A stretch of DNA of 37,173 nucleotides, taken from contig JAJZQT010000005.1 of NCBI GenBank assembly GCA_021803005.1, forward strand, positions 10,359 through 47,531, in the 5' to 3' direction. The stretch is from Actinomycetes bacterium. Lineage in GTDB: Bacteria; Actinomycetota; Thermoleophilia; BMS3ABIN01. Positions 21,475 through 32,601 of the stretch are shown here, in pieces (position 1 is the first letter of the stretch; the number at the start of each line of letters is the position of its first letter). The translations under genes were made by a program, and so were the position numbers. Under the pieces are notes generated by a model that saw nothing but the letters and a program-made list of their open reading frames with translations, did no database searches and was not told where the DNA came from.

Positions 21475-22680
21475 ATGTCAAAGCAAAAATTTGAAAGAAA
21501 CAAGCCGCACTTGAATGTAGGCACAATCGGCCATATCGATCATGGCAAGACGACCCTGACCGCCGCCATCACGGCCTGCCTGGCCGGACACGGCGAGAAC
21601 GTCGAGGTCAGGAGCTTCGATTCCATTGATAACGCCCCGGAAGAGCGCGAGCGCGGCATCACCATTGCCACCGCCCACGTCGAGTACGAGACCGAGAAGC
21701 GTCATTACGCTCACGTCGACTGCCCGGGCCACGCCGACTATATCAAGAACATGATCACCGGCGCGGCGCAGATGGACGGCGCCATACTGGTGGTAAGCGC
21801 GGCCGACGGCCCCATGCCGCAGACCCGCGAGCACATCCTTCTGGCCCGCCAGGTAGGCGTGCCCTACATCATCGTCTTCCTCAACAAGGTGGACATGGTG
21901 GACGATCCCGAGCTGCTTGAGCTGGTCGAGATCGAGGTGCGCGAGCTGCTCTCCGAGTACGAATTCCCCGGGGACGACATTCCCATCGTGGCCGGCTCGG
22001 CCCTGAAGGCCCTGGAATGCGCCTGCGGCAAGGCCGAGTGCCCCGCCTGCAACCCCATCCTCGAGCTCATGCACGCGGTGGATGAGTATCTGCCCGAGCC
22101 CGAGCGCGACATCGACAAGCCCTTCCTGATGCCCGTCGAGGACGTTTTCACCATCACCGGCCGCGGCACCGTCGCCACCGGCCGTGTCGAGCGCGGCATC
22201 GTCAAGGTCGGCGAGGAAGTCGAGATCGTCGGCATGCAGGAGAAGGTCGACAAGACCGTCTGCACCGGCGTCGAGATGTTCCGCAAGCTGCTCGACGAGG
22301 GACGCGCCGGCGACAACATCGGCGTGCTGCTCCGCGGCACCAAGCGGGAAGACATCCAGCGCGGCATGGTTCTGGCCAAGCCGGGTTCGATCACGCCGCA
22401 CACGCACTTCAAGGCCCAGGTCTACGTGCTCTCCAAGGAAGAAGGCGGCCGCCATACTCCCTTCTTCACCAATTACCGGCCGCAGTTCTATTTCCGCACG
22501 ACTGACGTGACCGGCAGCATCACCCTGGAAGAGGGCGTCGAGATGGTCATGCCTGGTGACAACACCAACATGGAAGTCAAACTGATCACGCCGATCGCCA
22601 TGGAAGAGGGCCTCCGCTTCGCTATTCGTGAAGGCGGCCATACCGTGGGCGCCGGCGCCGTAATCGAGATCATCGAATAA
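21475..22680 (+). CDS. tuf: Elongation factor Tu
   Basis: [54 protein letters not shown]; start at ATG 21475 after GAGGAG. Confidence 0.99.
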   Translation: MSKQKFERNKPHLNVGTIGHIDHGKTTLTAAITACLAGHGENVEVRSFDSIDNAPEERERGITIATAHVEYETEKRHYAHVDCPGHADYIKNMITGAAQMDGAILVVSAADGPMPQTREHILLARQVGVPYIIVFLNKVDMVDDPELLELVEIEVRELLSEYEFPGDDIPIVAGSALKALECACGKAECPACNPILELMHAVDEYLPEPERDIDKPFLMPVEDVFTITGRGTVATGRVERGIVKVGEEVEIVGMQEKVDKTVCTGVEMFRKLLDEGRAGDNIGVLLRGTKREDIQRGMVLAKPGSITPHTHFKAQVYVLSKEEGGRHTPFFTNYRPQFYFRTTDVTGSITLEEGVEMVMPGDNTNMEVKLITPIAMEEGLRFAIREGGHTVGAGAVIEIIE

Positions 22681-22711
22681 CTAGAAACCAGAAACTAGGA
22701 ACCGGGTTTAT

Positions 22712-23020
22712 ATGGCTCAGCAAAAGATACGTATAAGACTTAAAGCGTACGACCATGAACTAATCGATCGCAGTGCGCGGTTGATCGTCGAGCAGGCGCA
22801 GCGCACCGGCGCCACCGTGGTCGGCCCCGTGCCGCTGCCGACTGAGAAGAATGTTTACTGCGTCATCAAGAGCCCGTTCAAGGACAAGGATTCGCGCGAG
22901 CACTTCGAGATGCGCACGCACAAGCGGCTGATCGACATCCATCAGCCGACGCCGAAGACGGTCGACTCGCTCATGCGGCTGGACGTACCCGCTGGCGTCG
23001 ACATCGAGATCAAACTCTAA
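22712..23020 (+). CDS. rpsJ: 30S ribosomal protein S10
   Basis: [33 protein letters not shown]. Confidence 0.99.
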   Translation: MAQQKIRIRLKAYDHELIDRSARLIVEQAQRTGATVVGPVPLPTEKNVYCVIKSPFKDKDSREHFEMRTHKRLIDIHQPTPKTVDSLMRLDVPAGVDIEIKL

Positions 23021-23040
23021 GAGGGATATTCCGGAACCTG

Positions 23041-23931
23041 ATGGCAGCGATACTTGGAAAGAAACTGGGCATGACCCAGATATTCACCGACGACGGCGAC
23101 CGCGTCGTGGTCACGGTCATCGAGGCCGGCCCCTGCGCCGTGACCCAGGTCAAGACCAGGGCCCGCGACGGTTACCAGGCCGTGCAGATGGGTTTCGGCG
23201 AGCTGAAGAAGAACAAGGTCATCAAGCCGCAGGCAGGCCATTTCAAGAAGGCCGGCGTCGAACCGCGGCGGCACCTGGCGGAGATCCGTGTCGAGGCCGA
23301 GGTGGCCGAGGGCGGCTCCGAGGAAGAGGCCATCCTGAAGCTGGTTGTTCCGGCCGCGGCAACCACCGTCGCCGGGGAGCCTACCGAAGAAGCAGCTAAA
23401 GAAGCAGCCGGAGCGTCTGCCGAGCCTGCGGAAGAGTCAACCGAAGAGCGGGCCGCTGAGGCTGGGGAAGCCGCGGAAGAGACGGCTGAGCCCGCTGGTG
23501 AGGCCAAGGCTGAAGCCAAAGCAGAGGCCAAAAAGGAAGAAAAAAAGTCTACCAAGAAGTCAAAGAAGAAAGCCAGGGCCCCCGAGGCGAAGCCGGAGAT
23601 CACGGTCAACGCTTTTGAGGCCGGCCAGAAGGTAAAGGTAACCGGAGTTTCCAAGGGGAAGGGATTTGCCGGCGTCATCAAGCGCCACAACTTTGCCGGC
23701 GGCCCCGCTTCCCATGGCGCGCATTTTCACCGCGCCCCCGGTTCGATCGGCGCCAGCGCCTATCCCTCGCGGGTGTTCAAGGGTCTGAAGCTGCCGGGAC
23801 AGATGGGCAACAAGAAGTCGACACAGCTGGGACTGACCGTTGTGGGAATCGATGGGGAGAAGAACCTCCTGTTTCTCAAGGGCGCGGTTCCAGGTTCAAG
23901 CAACGGCATAGTTTTCATCCAGACCCAGTAA
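23041..23931 (+). CDS. rplC: 50S ribosomal protein L3 with a large internal low-complexity insertion
   Basis: [44 protein letters not shown]; Ala/Glu/Lys-rich stretch at 23290-23595. Confidence 0.98.
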   Translation: MAAILGKKLGMTQIFTDDGDRVVVTVIEAGPCAVTQVKTRARDGYQAVQMGFGELKKNKVIKPQAGHFKKAGVEPRRHLAEIRVEAEVAEGGSEEEAILKLVVPAAATTVAGEPTEEAAKEAAGASAEPAEESTEERAAEAGEAAEETAEPAGEAKAEAKAEAKKEEKKSTKKSKKKARAPEAKPEITVNAFEAGQKVKVTGVSKGKGFAGVIKRHNFAGGPASHGAHFHRAPGSIGASAYPSRVFKGLKLPGQMGNKKSTQLGLTVVGIDGEKNLLFLKGAVPGSSNGIVFIQTQ

Positions 23932-23950
23932 CCATAGGCAAATAAATTTT

Positions 23951-24769
23951 ATGGCTGATAAAGAAGAAAAAACCGAAGAGACCAAACCGGAAGCGGCAGA
24001 GGAAGCCAGTGCCGGGGCAGAAGCCAAGGCCGGGGTAGAGCCCAAGGCCAAGGCTGAAGAAGCCAAGCCCAAGGCCAAGCCTGAAGAGCCCAAGGCCAAA
24101 GCGGCGCCGAAGAAGAAGGCCAAGAAGAAGGCCGTGGAAAAACCTGCCATCAAGGTTCCCGAGATCAAGGCGCTCGGCGAGAAGGAAGCAAAGCTGAGCC
24201 CGGCGGTCTTCGCGATCGAGCCCAAAGTCGGCGTCTTGCACGAAGCGGTGCGCGCCGAGCTGGCGGCCCGCCGCAGCGGCAGCGCCTCCACCAAGAAGCG
24301 CGGTGAGGTCAGCGGCGGCGGCGCCAAGCCCTGGCGCCAGAAAGGCACGGGCCGTGCCCGGGCCGGCTCCAGCCGCATGCCGCACTGGACCGGCGGCGGC
24401 ATCGCCTTCGGCCCCAAGCCGCGCGATTACGGTTTCAAGGTCAACCGCAAGGTCCGCGCCAAGGCGCTGAAGATGGCACTGTCGGCGCGAGCCAGCGAGG
24501 GCAGCATCAAGGTTATCGACGGACTTCCCTTCGACGAGCCCAAGACCGCCGCGGCGGCCGCGGTGCTGGCGAATCTGGATATCAACTACCCGCTGCTGGT
24601 GCTCGTGGGCGAGGATGACGGCAATGCCGCCATGTCCTTCCGCAACCTGCCGCAGGTTACCGTGGTGAGCGCCGGCGAGCTCGGCGTCGCCGATGTCATG
24701 GCCACGCGTTCGGTCCTGCTGACAAAACAGGTTCTGGAGCAGCTCAACGGCCTGGGAGAATCCAGATGA
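23951..24769 (+). CDS. rplD: 50S ribosomal protein L4 with N-terminal extension
   Basis: [40 protein letters not shown]; about 66-aa Glu/Ala/Lys/Pro N-terminal extension. Confidence 0.98.
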   Translation: MADKEEKTEETKPEAAEEASAGAEAKAGVEPKAKAEEAKPKAKPEEPKAKAAPKKKAKKKAVEKPAIKVPEIKALGEKEAKLSPAVFAIEPKVGVLHEAVRAELAARRSGSASTKKRGEVSGGGAKPWRQKGTGRARAGSSRMPHWTGGGIAFGPKPRDYGFKVNRKVRAKALKMALSARASEGSIKVIDGLPFDEPKTAAAAAVLANLDINYPLLVLVGEDDGNAAMSFRNLPQVTVVSAGELGVADVMATRSVLLTKQVLEQLNGLGESR

Positions 24770-25053
24770 GAGACCCGCACTCCATCATCCTGGGTCCGGT
24801 CATCTCGGAGAAGAGCTATGAGCTCATCGAGCACAACAAGTACACCTTCAAGGTGGACGCGCGGGCCAAGAAGCCGGCGATCGCCAAGGCGGTAGAGGAG
24901 ATCTTCAGCGTCAACGTCGTCGGAGTCAATACGATCAAGACCAGGTCCAAGCCCAAGCGGCGGGGCATGGTCAGGGGCAGGACCAGCGCCGGCAAGAAGG
25001 CCATAGTGGAATTGTCGGAAGGCCAGAAAATCGAATTCTTTGAAACGATGTAG
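24766..25053 (+). CDS. rplW: 50S ribosomal protein L23
   Basis: PVISEKS, YTFKVD, AVEEIFSVNVVGVNT, KKAIVEL. Confidence 0.98.
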   Translation: MRDPHSIILGPVISEKSYELIEHNKYTFKVDARAKKPAIAKAVEEIFSVNVVGVNTIKTRSKPKRRGMVRGRTSAGKKAIVELSEGQKIEFFETM

Positions 25054-25059
25054 GAGCAG

Positions 25060-25896
<837 letters not shown>

Positions 25897-25906
25897 GAGG
25901 AACCAA

Positions 25907-26191
25907 ATGAGCAGATCGATCAAAAAAGGGCCTTTTGTCAGCGAGAAGCTGTTCGCCCGCATCGAGAAGATGAATGACTCGGGCAAGAAGCAGATGATCA
26001 AGACCTGGTCGCGCTCATCGACGATCTTCCCGGAGATGGTGAGCCACACGATCGCGGTCTACGACGGCCGCAAGCATGTGCCCATCTTCATTACCGAGAG
26101 CATGGTGGGGCACAAGCTGGGCGAGTTCGCCCCGACGCGGACATTCCGCGGGCACGGACATCATACCGAGCGCAGCGTCGGGCTCAAATAA
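25907..26191 (+). CDS. rpsS: 30S ribosomal protein S19
   Basis: [32 protein letters not shown]. Confidence 0.99.
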   Translation: MSRSIKKGPFVSEKLFARIEKMNDSGKKQMIKTWSRSSTIFPEMVSHTIAVYDGRKHVPIFITESMVGHKLGEFAPTRTFRGHGHHTERSVGLK

Positions 26192-26200
26192 GGGAATTTG

Positions 26201-26608
26201 ATGGCTGCTGATACCGCTACGAAGAAAAAGAAGGCCAATGAGGAGCCCGCCGGGGTGGAAGAGCTCCGGACCGCTACGGCGACGGCCAAGTACGTGCGGG
26301 TCTCCGCGCGCAAGATGAGGCTGGTCGCCGACATGGTGCGCGGCAAAGGCATCGCCGACGCCCGCACGGTGCTCGCCTTCTCAACCAAGCACGCCGCCCG
26401 CGTGGTCGACAAGGTCGTGGCCTCGGCCGTGGCCAACGCCGAGAACAACCACGACATGGACGTCGACGAACTCTTTGTCAGCAGCATCTGCGTGAACGAA
26501 GGGCCGACGCTCAAGCGCATCCGGCCGCGGGCCCAGGGAAGGGCTTTCCGCATCCGCAAGCGGACCTGTCACGTAACGGTCGAGTTAACAACGAGAAAGG
26601 AGGGATAG
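26201..26608 (+). CDS. rplV: 50S ribosomal protein L22
   Basis: [41 protein letters not shown]; short N-terminal extension; ATG 26201 preferred over TTG 26198. Confidence 0.98.
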   Translation: MAADTATKKKKANEEPAGVEELRTATATAKYVRVSARKMRLVADMVRGKGIADARTVLAFSTKHAARVVDKVVASAVANAENNHDMDVDELFVSSICVNEGPTLKRIRPRAQGRAFRIRKRTCHVTVELTTRKEG

Positions 26609-26609
26609 T

Positions 26610-27305
26610 ATGGGTCAGAAAGTGCATCCGGGAGGAATGCGGCTGGGAATCATCCATGACTGGAAATCCCACTGGTACAGCGAGAAAGATTTTGCCAACT
26701 TTTTAATAGAGGATCTGAAGATCCGGGAGCATATCCGCAAGAAGCTCCGTCACGCGGCTCTTTCTGACATCCACATCAAGAAAGACGCGCAGAAGATAAC
26801 CATTGACATCCACACCGCCAGGCCGGGCATCGTCATCGGCAAGAGCGGCGCCGAGGTCGACGCGCTCCGGCGCGAAGTGCACGACATGACCGGCAAGGCA
26901 GTACAGGCCAACATCATCGAGGTCAAGCGCCCCGAACTGGACGCAAACCTGGTGGCGCAGTCGATCGCCGAGCAGCTCGAGGGCCGCGTGGCCTTCCGGC
27001 GGGCGATGAAGCGGGCCATCACCTCGGCCATCCGTTCCGGCGCCGAGGGCATCAAGGTAGCCTGCGCCGGCCGCCTGGGAGGCGCCGAGATGGCGCGCAC
27101 CGAGGGTTACAGCGAGGGCCGGGTGCCGCTGCATACGCTGCGCGCGGATATAGATTACGGTTTCACCGAAGCCCGCACGACCTTCGGCCGCATCGGCGTC
27201 AAGGTCTGGATCAACAAGGGTGAGATCATGCCCGAGGGCTTCAACATGGACAAACTGAAAGCCGACCGCCGCCTGGGTGAAGTTGACGCCCAGAGGCGCA
27301 AGTAA
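26610..27305 (+). CDS. rpsC: 30S ribosomal protein S3
   Basis: [41 protein letters not shown]. Confidence 0.99.
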   Translation: MGQKVHPGGMRLGIIHDWKSHWYSEKDFANFLIEDLKIREHIRKKLRHAALSDIHIKKDAQKITIDIHTARPGIVIGKSGAEVDALRREVHDMTGKAVQANIIEVKRPELDANLVAQSIAEQLEGRVAFRRAMKRAITSAIRSGAEGIKVACAGRLGGAEMARTEGYSEGRVPLHTLRADIDYGFTEARTTFGRIGVKVWINKGEIMPEGFNMDKLKADRRLGEVDAQRRK

Positions 27306-27331
27306 GAGAAAGGCCAAGGCAGGAAGCGACA

Positions 27332-27757
27332 ATGCTTTTACCCAAGAAAACCAAGCACCGCAAACAGCACCGGGGACGCATGGAAGGCGCCACCAAGGGC
27401 GGCTTCCGTGTCGAGCACGGCGAGTACGGTTTGAAGGCGATGGAGCCGGGCTGGATCACGAACCGCCAGATCGAGGCGGCCCGTGTCGCCATGACCCGCC
27501 ACATCAAGCGCGGCGGCAAGGTCTGGATAAATATTTTCCCGCACAAGCCGGCGACCGAGAAGCCGGCCGAGACCCGCATGGGTGGCGGCAAGGGCTCTCC
27601 GGAGCAGTGGGTGGCCGTGGTCAAGCCGGGCCGCGTCATGTTCGAGCTGTCGGGCGTGGCGGTTCCGGTCGCCAAGGAAGCCATGAGGCTGGCGGCGCAC
27701 AAGCTGCCGATCAAATGTAAATTTGTGACCCGCGAAGGTGATCTCTTTGAAGGCTAA
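27332..27757 (+). CDS. rplP: 50S ribosomal protein L16
   Basis: [43 protein letters not shown]. Confidence 0.99.
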   Translation: MLLPKKTKHRKQHRGRMEGATKGGFRVEHGEYGLKAMEPGWITNRQIEAARVAMTRHIKRGGKVWINIFPHKPATEKPAETRMGGGKGSPEQWVAVVKPGRVMFELSGVAVPVAKEAMRLAAHKLPIKCKFVTREGDLFEG

Positions 27758-27965
27758 CGAGCTGCGTGATCTGTCGGACGAGGAGCTGGTCGAGCGCATG
27801 CGCGAGACGCGCAAGCAGCTGTTCAACCTGCGGTTCCAGCACGCCACGGGCCAGCTGGACAATCCGCGCAAGCTGCGGCTGGTCCGGCAGGATATCGCAC
27901 GCATCATGACGGTCCAGGGAGAGCGCGAGCGTAGCGCCGCCGGGGCAGAGGGCCAGGAGGCTTAA
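27747..27965 (+). CDS. rpmC: 50S ribosomal protein L29
   Basis: [34 protein letters not shown]; start placed at TTG 27747 behind the SD-like gaaggtg. Confidence 0.96.
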   Translation: MKANELRDLSDEELVERMRETRKQLFNLRFQHATGQLDNPRKLRLVRQDIARIMTVQGERERSAAGAEGQEA

Positions 27966-28253
27966 GTGAGCGCCAAAGCAAAGGAAGAAAACAAGGTTTA
28001 CCAGAGCGGCAACCGCAAGGAACGCCGCGGCATCGTCACCAGCGACAAGATGGACAAGACCATCACCGTGCGCATCGATACCGCCAAGGCGCACCGGCTC
28101 TACGGCAAGACCGTGCGCCGGTCCCGCAAGCTGGCGGTCCATGACGAGAACAACGAGGCCGGTATCGGCGACACGGTAAGGATCATCGAGACCAGGCCGC
28201 TATCGAAGAACAAGCGCTGGCGGCTGGCAGAGATCCTCGAGAAAGCTAAATAG
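27966..28253 (+). CDS. rpsQ: 30S ribosomal protein S17
   Basis: [37 protein letters not shown]; GTG start. Confidence 0.98.
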   Translation: MSAKAKEENKVYQSGNRKERRGIVTSDKMDKTITVRIDTAKAHRLYGKTVRRSRKLAVHDENNEAGIGDTVRIIETRPLSKNKRWRLAEILEKAK

Positions 28254-28292
28254 ACCGGGAAGCTTCCGGAAATTACAGAAACGGTTGAATAA

Positions 28293-28661
28293 GTGATACA
28301 GGTAGAGACCAGACTCAAAGTGGCAGACAATACCGGCGCCCGCGAGCTCCTGTGCATCAGGATCAAGGGCGGCTCGCACCGCCGCTATGCCCGCGTCGGC
28401 GATACCATCATCGGCACGGTCAAGGCAGCGACTCCGGGCGGCGCCGTCAAGAAGGGCGAGGTCGTGACCGCGGTTGTCGTCCGCTGCAAGAAGGAGCTGG
28501 GCCGCAAGGACGGCACCTATATCGCCTTTGACGAGAACGCGGCCGTGCTCATCGACGCCGCCAAGAATCCGCGCGGGACCCGCATCTTCGGCCCCGTGGC
28601 GCGGGAGCTGCGCGACAAGAGTTTCATGAAGATCGTTTCGCTGGCTCCGGAAGTCCTCTAG
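28293..28661 (+). CDS. rplN: 50S ribosomal protein L14
   Basis: [37 protein letters not shown]; GTG start. Confidence 0.99.
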   Translation: MIQVETRLKVADNTGARELLCIRIKGGSHRRYARVGDTIIGTVKAATPGGAVKKGEVVTAVVVRCKKELGRKDGTYIAFDENAAVLIDAAKNPRGTRIFGPVARELRDKSFMKIVSLAPEVL

Positions 28662-28688
28662 GGCCGGATTGTTGAGGAGATAACAGAT

Positions 28689-29006
28689 TTGTCCAGTAAA
28701 ATGAAAATCAAAAAAGGTGACACGGTGATGGTTATCGCCGGCAAGTCACGCGGCAAGACCGGCAAGGTCCTGCGAGTGGATCCCGAAAAGGAGCGGGTGG
28801 TCGTCGAGCGCCTGAACATGATCAAGCGCCACAAGCGGCCTTCCCCGCAGAACCCCCAGGGGACCCTGGAAAAAGAGGGACCGATCCATGTCTCGAACGT
28901 GATGTTTTACTGTCCGCGTTGCAGCGACGGCGTCAAGCTGGGCGCCAGGCGGACCGACTCGGGCCGCCTGCGCGTCTGCAGAAGCTGCGGCTCGGAATTC
29001 GATTGA
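28689..29006 (+). CDS. rplX: 50S ribosomal protein L24 (with two CxxC pairs)
   Basis: IKKGDTVMVIAGKSRGKTG KOW motif, EGPIHVSNV; CPRC and CRSC. Confidence 0.98.
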   Translation: MSSKMKIKKGDTVMVIAGKSRGKTGKVLRVDPEKERVVVERLNMIKRHKRPSPQNPQGTLEKEGPIHVSNVMFYCPRCSDGVKLGARRTDSGRLRVCRSCGSEFD

Positions 29007-29026
29007 TAAGGGACTGACAGGAAACC

Positions 29027-29569
29027 ATGGCAAGACTAAAAGACCAGTTTGAAAAGGAATTTCTCGGCCAGCTCCAGGAAGAGCTGAAACTGAGCAACCC
29101 CATGGAAGTGCCAAGGGTCTCCAAGATCTCGGTGAACATGGGCGTGGGCGAGGCCAAGACCGACGCCAAGCTGCTCGATGACGCCGTGGCCGAGATGACC
29201 ATCATCACCGGCCAGAAGCCCAAGCTGACGCGGGCCCGGAAGTCCATCGCCAATTTCAAGCTGCGCGAAGGCATGGCGGTCGGCTGCACCGTCACCCTGA
29301 GGGGCGCCCGCATGTATGAGTTCCTGGACCGCCTGATCGCTATCGCCCTGCCGCGAATCCGGGACTTCCGCGGCATCAAGCGCAAATCTTTCGACGGCCG
29401 GGGCAATATGTCCCTGGGCGTCAAGGAACAGATCATTTTCCCGGAAATCGATTACGACTCGATTACCCAGACCAGGGGCATGGACATCACCATAACCACT
29501 ACAGCCCGCAACGACGACGAGGGACGGGCCCTGCTGACCAAGCTGGGCATGCCGTTCCGCGAGCGTTAG
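29027..29569 (+). CDS. rplE: 50S ribosomal protein L5
   Basis: [45 protein letters not shown]. Confidence 0.99.
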   Translation: MARLKDQFEKEFLGQLQEELKLSNPMEVPRVSKISVNMGVGEAKTDAKLLDDAVAEMTIITGQKPKLTRARKSIANFKLREGMAVGCTVTLRGARMYEFLDRLIAIALPRIRDFRGIKRKSFDGRGNMSLGVKEQIIFPEIDYDSITQTRGMDITITTTARNDDEGRALLTKLGMPFRER

Positions 29570-29577
29570 GAGATTGA

Positions 29578-29763
29578 ATGGCTAAGAAATCACTACAGGT
29601 CAAGGCCGGCCGCGAACCAAAGTACCAGTCCCGCGGCTATCATCGCTGCCGCCGCTGCGGCCGCCCGCGGGGCTACTACCGCAAATTCGGCATCTGCCGC
29701 ATTTGCCTGCGCGAACTGGCCCACCGGGGCGTCATTCCCGGGCTGACCAAGTCCAGCTGGTAG
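29578..29763 (+). CDS. rpsN: 30S ribosomal protein S14 type Z (Zn-binding, 61 aa)
   Basis: RCRRCGRPR...GICRICLRE...PG..KSSW. Confidence 0.98.
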   Translation: MAKKSLQVKAGREPKYQSRGYHRCRRCGRPRGYYRKFGICRICLRELAHRGVIPGLTKSSW

Positions 29764-29775
29764 GAGGAGTTTGAG

Positions 29776-30174
29776 ATGACCATAACCGATCCTATCGCCG
29801 ACATGCTGACACGCATCCGCAACGCCAACAACGGCGCCAAGGACACTGTCGAGATGCCGGCATCAAAAATGAAGATGGATATAGCCAAGCTTCTCAAGGA
29901 AGAGGGATATATCACCGACTACGCCCTGCTGCGCGGCGAGAGTTTCGACAACATCGTCGTCGATCTCAAGTACGGCAAGGACCGCCAGAAGGTGATCTCG
30001 GGACTGCGGCGGATCAGCAAGCCGGGACGCCGGGTCTACGCCCGCAAGGACGCCATCCCCAGGGTGCTGGGCGGCCTGGGCACGGCGGTGCTGTCGACAT
30101 CCTCCGGCATCATGACCGGCAGGGACGCGGAAAAGAAGGGCGTCGGCGGCGAAGTAATCTGTTTCATCTGGTAA
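29776..30174 (+). CDS. rpsH: 30S ribosomal protein S8
   Basis: DPIADMLTRIRNA, RISKPGRRVY, GLG.AVLSTS.G, GGEVIC. Confidence 0.99.
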   Translation: MTITDPIADMLTRIRNANNGAKDTVEMPASKMKMDIAKLLKEEGYITDYALLRGESFDNIVVDLKYGKDRQKVISGLRRISKPGRRVYARKDAIPRVLGGLGTAVLSTSSGIMTGRDAEKKGVGGEVICFIW

Positions 30175-30217
30175 TCACGGAAACTGATAAAACGGCAACA
30201 GCCGGGAGAAAGATAAA

Positions 30218-30751
30218 TTGTCAAGAATCGGAAGAGCGCCAATAACCGTACCTGACGGAGTCGAGGTCACCATCGACGGCAGCGACGTCACCGTCAAGGG
30301 ACCGAGGGGCAAGCTGGCGGGAAGTTACTCGCCCGAGATGGAGATCGTCCGCGAGGACGGCGCCATCCTGGTGAAGCGGCCCACGAACCAGAAGCATCAC
30401 CGGTCCCTGCACGGGCTTACCCGGACACTGATCGCCAACATGGTCGAGGGCGTGACCAACGGTTTCAAGCGCGAGCTGGAGATCAACGGCGTCGGTTACC
30501 GGGCGACGCTCAAGGGCAACGATCTGGAAGTTCTGGTGGGCAAGTCCCATCCGGAACTGGTGAAGCCGGAGCCGGACACCTCGTTTGAGGTTCCCAAGCC
30601 GACCCAGGTAATCGTGCACGGCATCGACAAGCAGGTCGTCGGCCACCTTGCCGCCAAGATCAGGGCGCTCAGGCCGCCGGAGCCCTACAAGGGCAAAGGC
30701 ATCAAATACGTTGAGGAACACATCCGCAGAAAGGTTGGCAAGAGGGCTTAA
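30218..30751 (+). CDS. rplF: 50S ribosomal protein L6
   Basis: [38 protein letters not shown]; TTG start. Confidence 0.99.
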   Translation: MSRIGRAPITVPDGVEVTIDGSDVTVKGPRGKLAGSYSPEMEIVREDGAILVKRPTNQKHHRSLHGLTRTLIANMVEGVTNGFKRELEINGVGYRATLKGNDLEVLVGKSHPELVKPEPDTSFEVPKPTQVIVHGIDKQVVGHLAAKIRALRPPEPYKGKGIKYVEEHIRRKVGKRA

Positions 30752-31119
30752 TGGCCAAGACGACTACAGAACTTTTAGCGAGGCAGAAGGTACGGGCGCG
30801 GCGTCACCGGCGTGTGCGGCGTAAGGTCATGGGCATGCCCGACCGTCCCCGTCTGACTGTCTTCCGCTCCAACAAGGGAATCTACGCCCAGATGATCGAC
30901 GATCTCGGGGGCACGACCATCGTCTCCGCCTCGAGCCTGGACGTGAAGGAATCAGGCATCAACAAGACCCAGGTAGCGGAGAAGGTCGGCGAACTGCTGG
31001 CCGCAAGAGCCAAAGAGAAAAACATTGACAAGGTCGTTTTTGACCGCGGCGGCTATCTGTACCACGGCCGCGTCAAGGCGCTGGCCGATGGAGCTCGCAA
31101 GGGAGGAATAAAGTTCTGA
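30751..31119 (+). CDS. rplR: 50S ribosomal protein L18
   Basis: [40 protein letters not shown]. Confidence 0.99.
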   Translation: MAKTTTELLARQKVRARRHRRVRRKVMGMPDRPRLTVFRSNKGIYAQMIDDLGGTTIVSASSLDVKESGINKTQVAEKVGELLAARAKEKNIDKVVFDRGGYLYHGRVKALADGARKGGIKF

Positions 31120-31120
31120 T

Positions 31121-31900
31121 ATGGCAGACGCATACGAGAAAATCGAATTAGGCAGGCGGGCGCCGGAAATGCAGGAAAAAGTCGTGGCGATCAACCGCGT
31201 CGCCAAGGTGGTCAAGGGCGGGCGCCGTTTCTCCTTCACGGCGCTGGTGGTCGTAGGCGACACCGTCAACCAGGTGGGTGTCGGCTACGGCAAGGCCAAG
31301 GAAGTGCCGCTGGCCATCCAGAAGGCTGTCGAGGATGCCAAGAAGAATCTGTTCCGCGTCCCCAAGTACAAGAATACGATCACGCACAAGGTCGTCGGAC
31401 GTTTCGGCGCCGGCCGCGTGTTGATGAAACCTGCTTCTCCCGGTACCGGCATCATCGCCGGCGGCGGCGTCCGCGCCGTGTTCGAGCTCGCCGGAGTACA
31501 CGACGTGCTGGCCAAGTGTCTGGGAACCACCAACCCGATCAATATGGTCAGGGCCAGCATCGAGGGTCTGAAGTCGCTCAAGGACCCGCGTGAAGTCGCG
31601 ATGCTGAGGGGCAAGACGGTAGCAGAGATTTTGGGCACCGACAGAGCGGACAAAGCTGCGGCCGAGGCCGCGGTGGCCAGGACGGCCGCGGCAGAGAAAA
31701 CCGCTGCGGCCAAACCGGCCGCCAAGGCAAAGCCCGCGGCAGCGAAGCCCGCGGCAGCGAAGGCAAAACCGGCAGCGAAGGCGCCGGCAGCCGCCAAATC
31801 AAAACCGGTGGCCGCAAAGGCGCCGGCAGCCAAGGCCAGGCCCGCGGCAAAATCCGCAGAAAAAGAAAACGCTGACAAGCCCGCGGAGAAGAAAGATTAA
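31121..31900 (+). CDS. rpsE: 30S ribosomal protein S5 with Ala/Lys/Pro-rich C-terminal tail
   Basis: [35 protein letters not shown]; 87-aa tail of KPAAAK-like repeats (31637-31897). Confidence 0.98.
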   Translation: MADAYEKIELGRRAPEMQEKVVAINRVAKVVKGGRRFSFTALVVVGDTVNQVGVGYGKAKEVPLAIQKAVEDAKKNLFRVPKYKNTITHKVVGRFGAGRVLMKPASPGTGIIAGGGVRAVFELAGVHDVLAKCLGTTNPINMVRASIEGLKSLKDPREVAMLRGKTVAEILGTDRADKAAAEAAVARTAAAEKTAAAKPAAKAKPAAAKPAAAKAKPAAKAPAAAKSKPVAAKAPAAKARPAAKSAEKENADKPAEKKD

Positions 31901-31903
31901 AGC

Positions 31904-32098
31904 ATGAGCCAGATCAAGGTCACACAGACAAAAAGCATAATCGGCCGGCGGGCGGACCATCGCCGGACCGTGCGCGCCCTGGGGCTCAAGCGGATCAACC
32001 ACAGCGTCGTTCACAATGACACTCCCCAGATCAGGGGGATGATCCACCAGGTGCGCTACATGGTCGAGGTCGAGGAAGTCAAAGGGAGCAGCAAGTGA
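31904..32098 (+). CDS. rpmD: 50S ribosomal protein L30
   Basis: [30 protein letters not shown]. Confidence 0.97.
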   Translation: MSQIKVTQTKSIIGRRADHRRTVRALGLKRINHSVVHNDTPQIRGMIHQVRYMVEVEEVKGSSK

Positions 32099-32601
32099 GC
32101 CAGGAAGAAAAGGGCACAGAAGAGGCTCGGTATCTGGGCCTCCATAATCTCAGCCCGGAGCCGGGGTCCAAGCATCCGCGCAAGCGGGTCGGGCGCGGCC
32201 ACGGCAGCGGCCACGGCAAGACATCCGGCCGCGGCCACAAGGGTTTCAACAGCCGTGCCGGCGGCGGCGTGCGCGCCGGTTACGAGGGCGGCCAGATGCC
32301 GCTCTACATGCGGCTGGGCAAGCTGCGCGGCCCCAACAAGAAAATGAGCATGCCCTTCGGTCCTTTCCGGACCCATACGACGGGCGTCAACATATCCCGC
32401 CTGGCGGACAAGTTCGAGGCCGGCGCCGAGGTCACGCCGGACGCCCTGGTGGAAAAGGGAATCATTAAAAACACCAAGACGCCGGTCAAGATACTCGGCA
32501 ATGGTGAAATTGGCAAGGCCATGACGGTCAGGGCCAACGGCTTCAGCAAGTCGGCTCGCGAAAAGATCGAAGCCGCCGGCGGCAAGGCGGAGGTCATCTA
32601 G
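32095..32601 (+). CDS. rplO: 50S ribosomal protein L15
   Basis: [43 protein letters not shown]; GTG start uncertain. Confidence 0.98.
   Translation: MSQEEKGTEEARYLGLHNLSPEPGSKHPRKRVGRGHGSGHGKTSGRGHKGFNSRAGGGVRAGYEGGQMPLYMRLGKLRGPNKKMSMPFGPFRTHTTGVNISRLADKFEAGAEVTPDALVEKGIIKNTKTPVKILGNGEIGKAMTVRANGFSKSAREKIEAAGGKAEVI

Noticed and set aside
22681-22701. Three degenerate heptamers (ctagaaa ccagaaa ctaggaa) between tuf and rpsJ
   Set aside because: Too short and degenerate to support a function.
23290-23595. Intein or intron in rplC
   Set aside because: In-frame low-complexity sequence with no Cys/Ser start, His-Asn end or endonuclease motifs.
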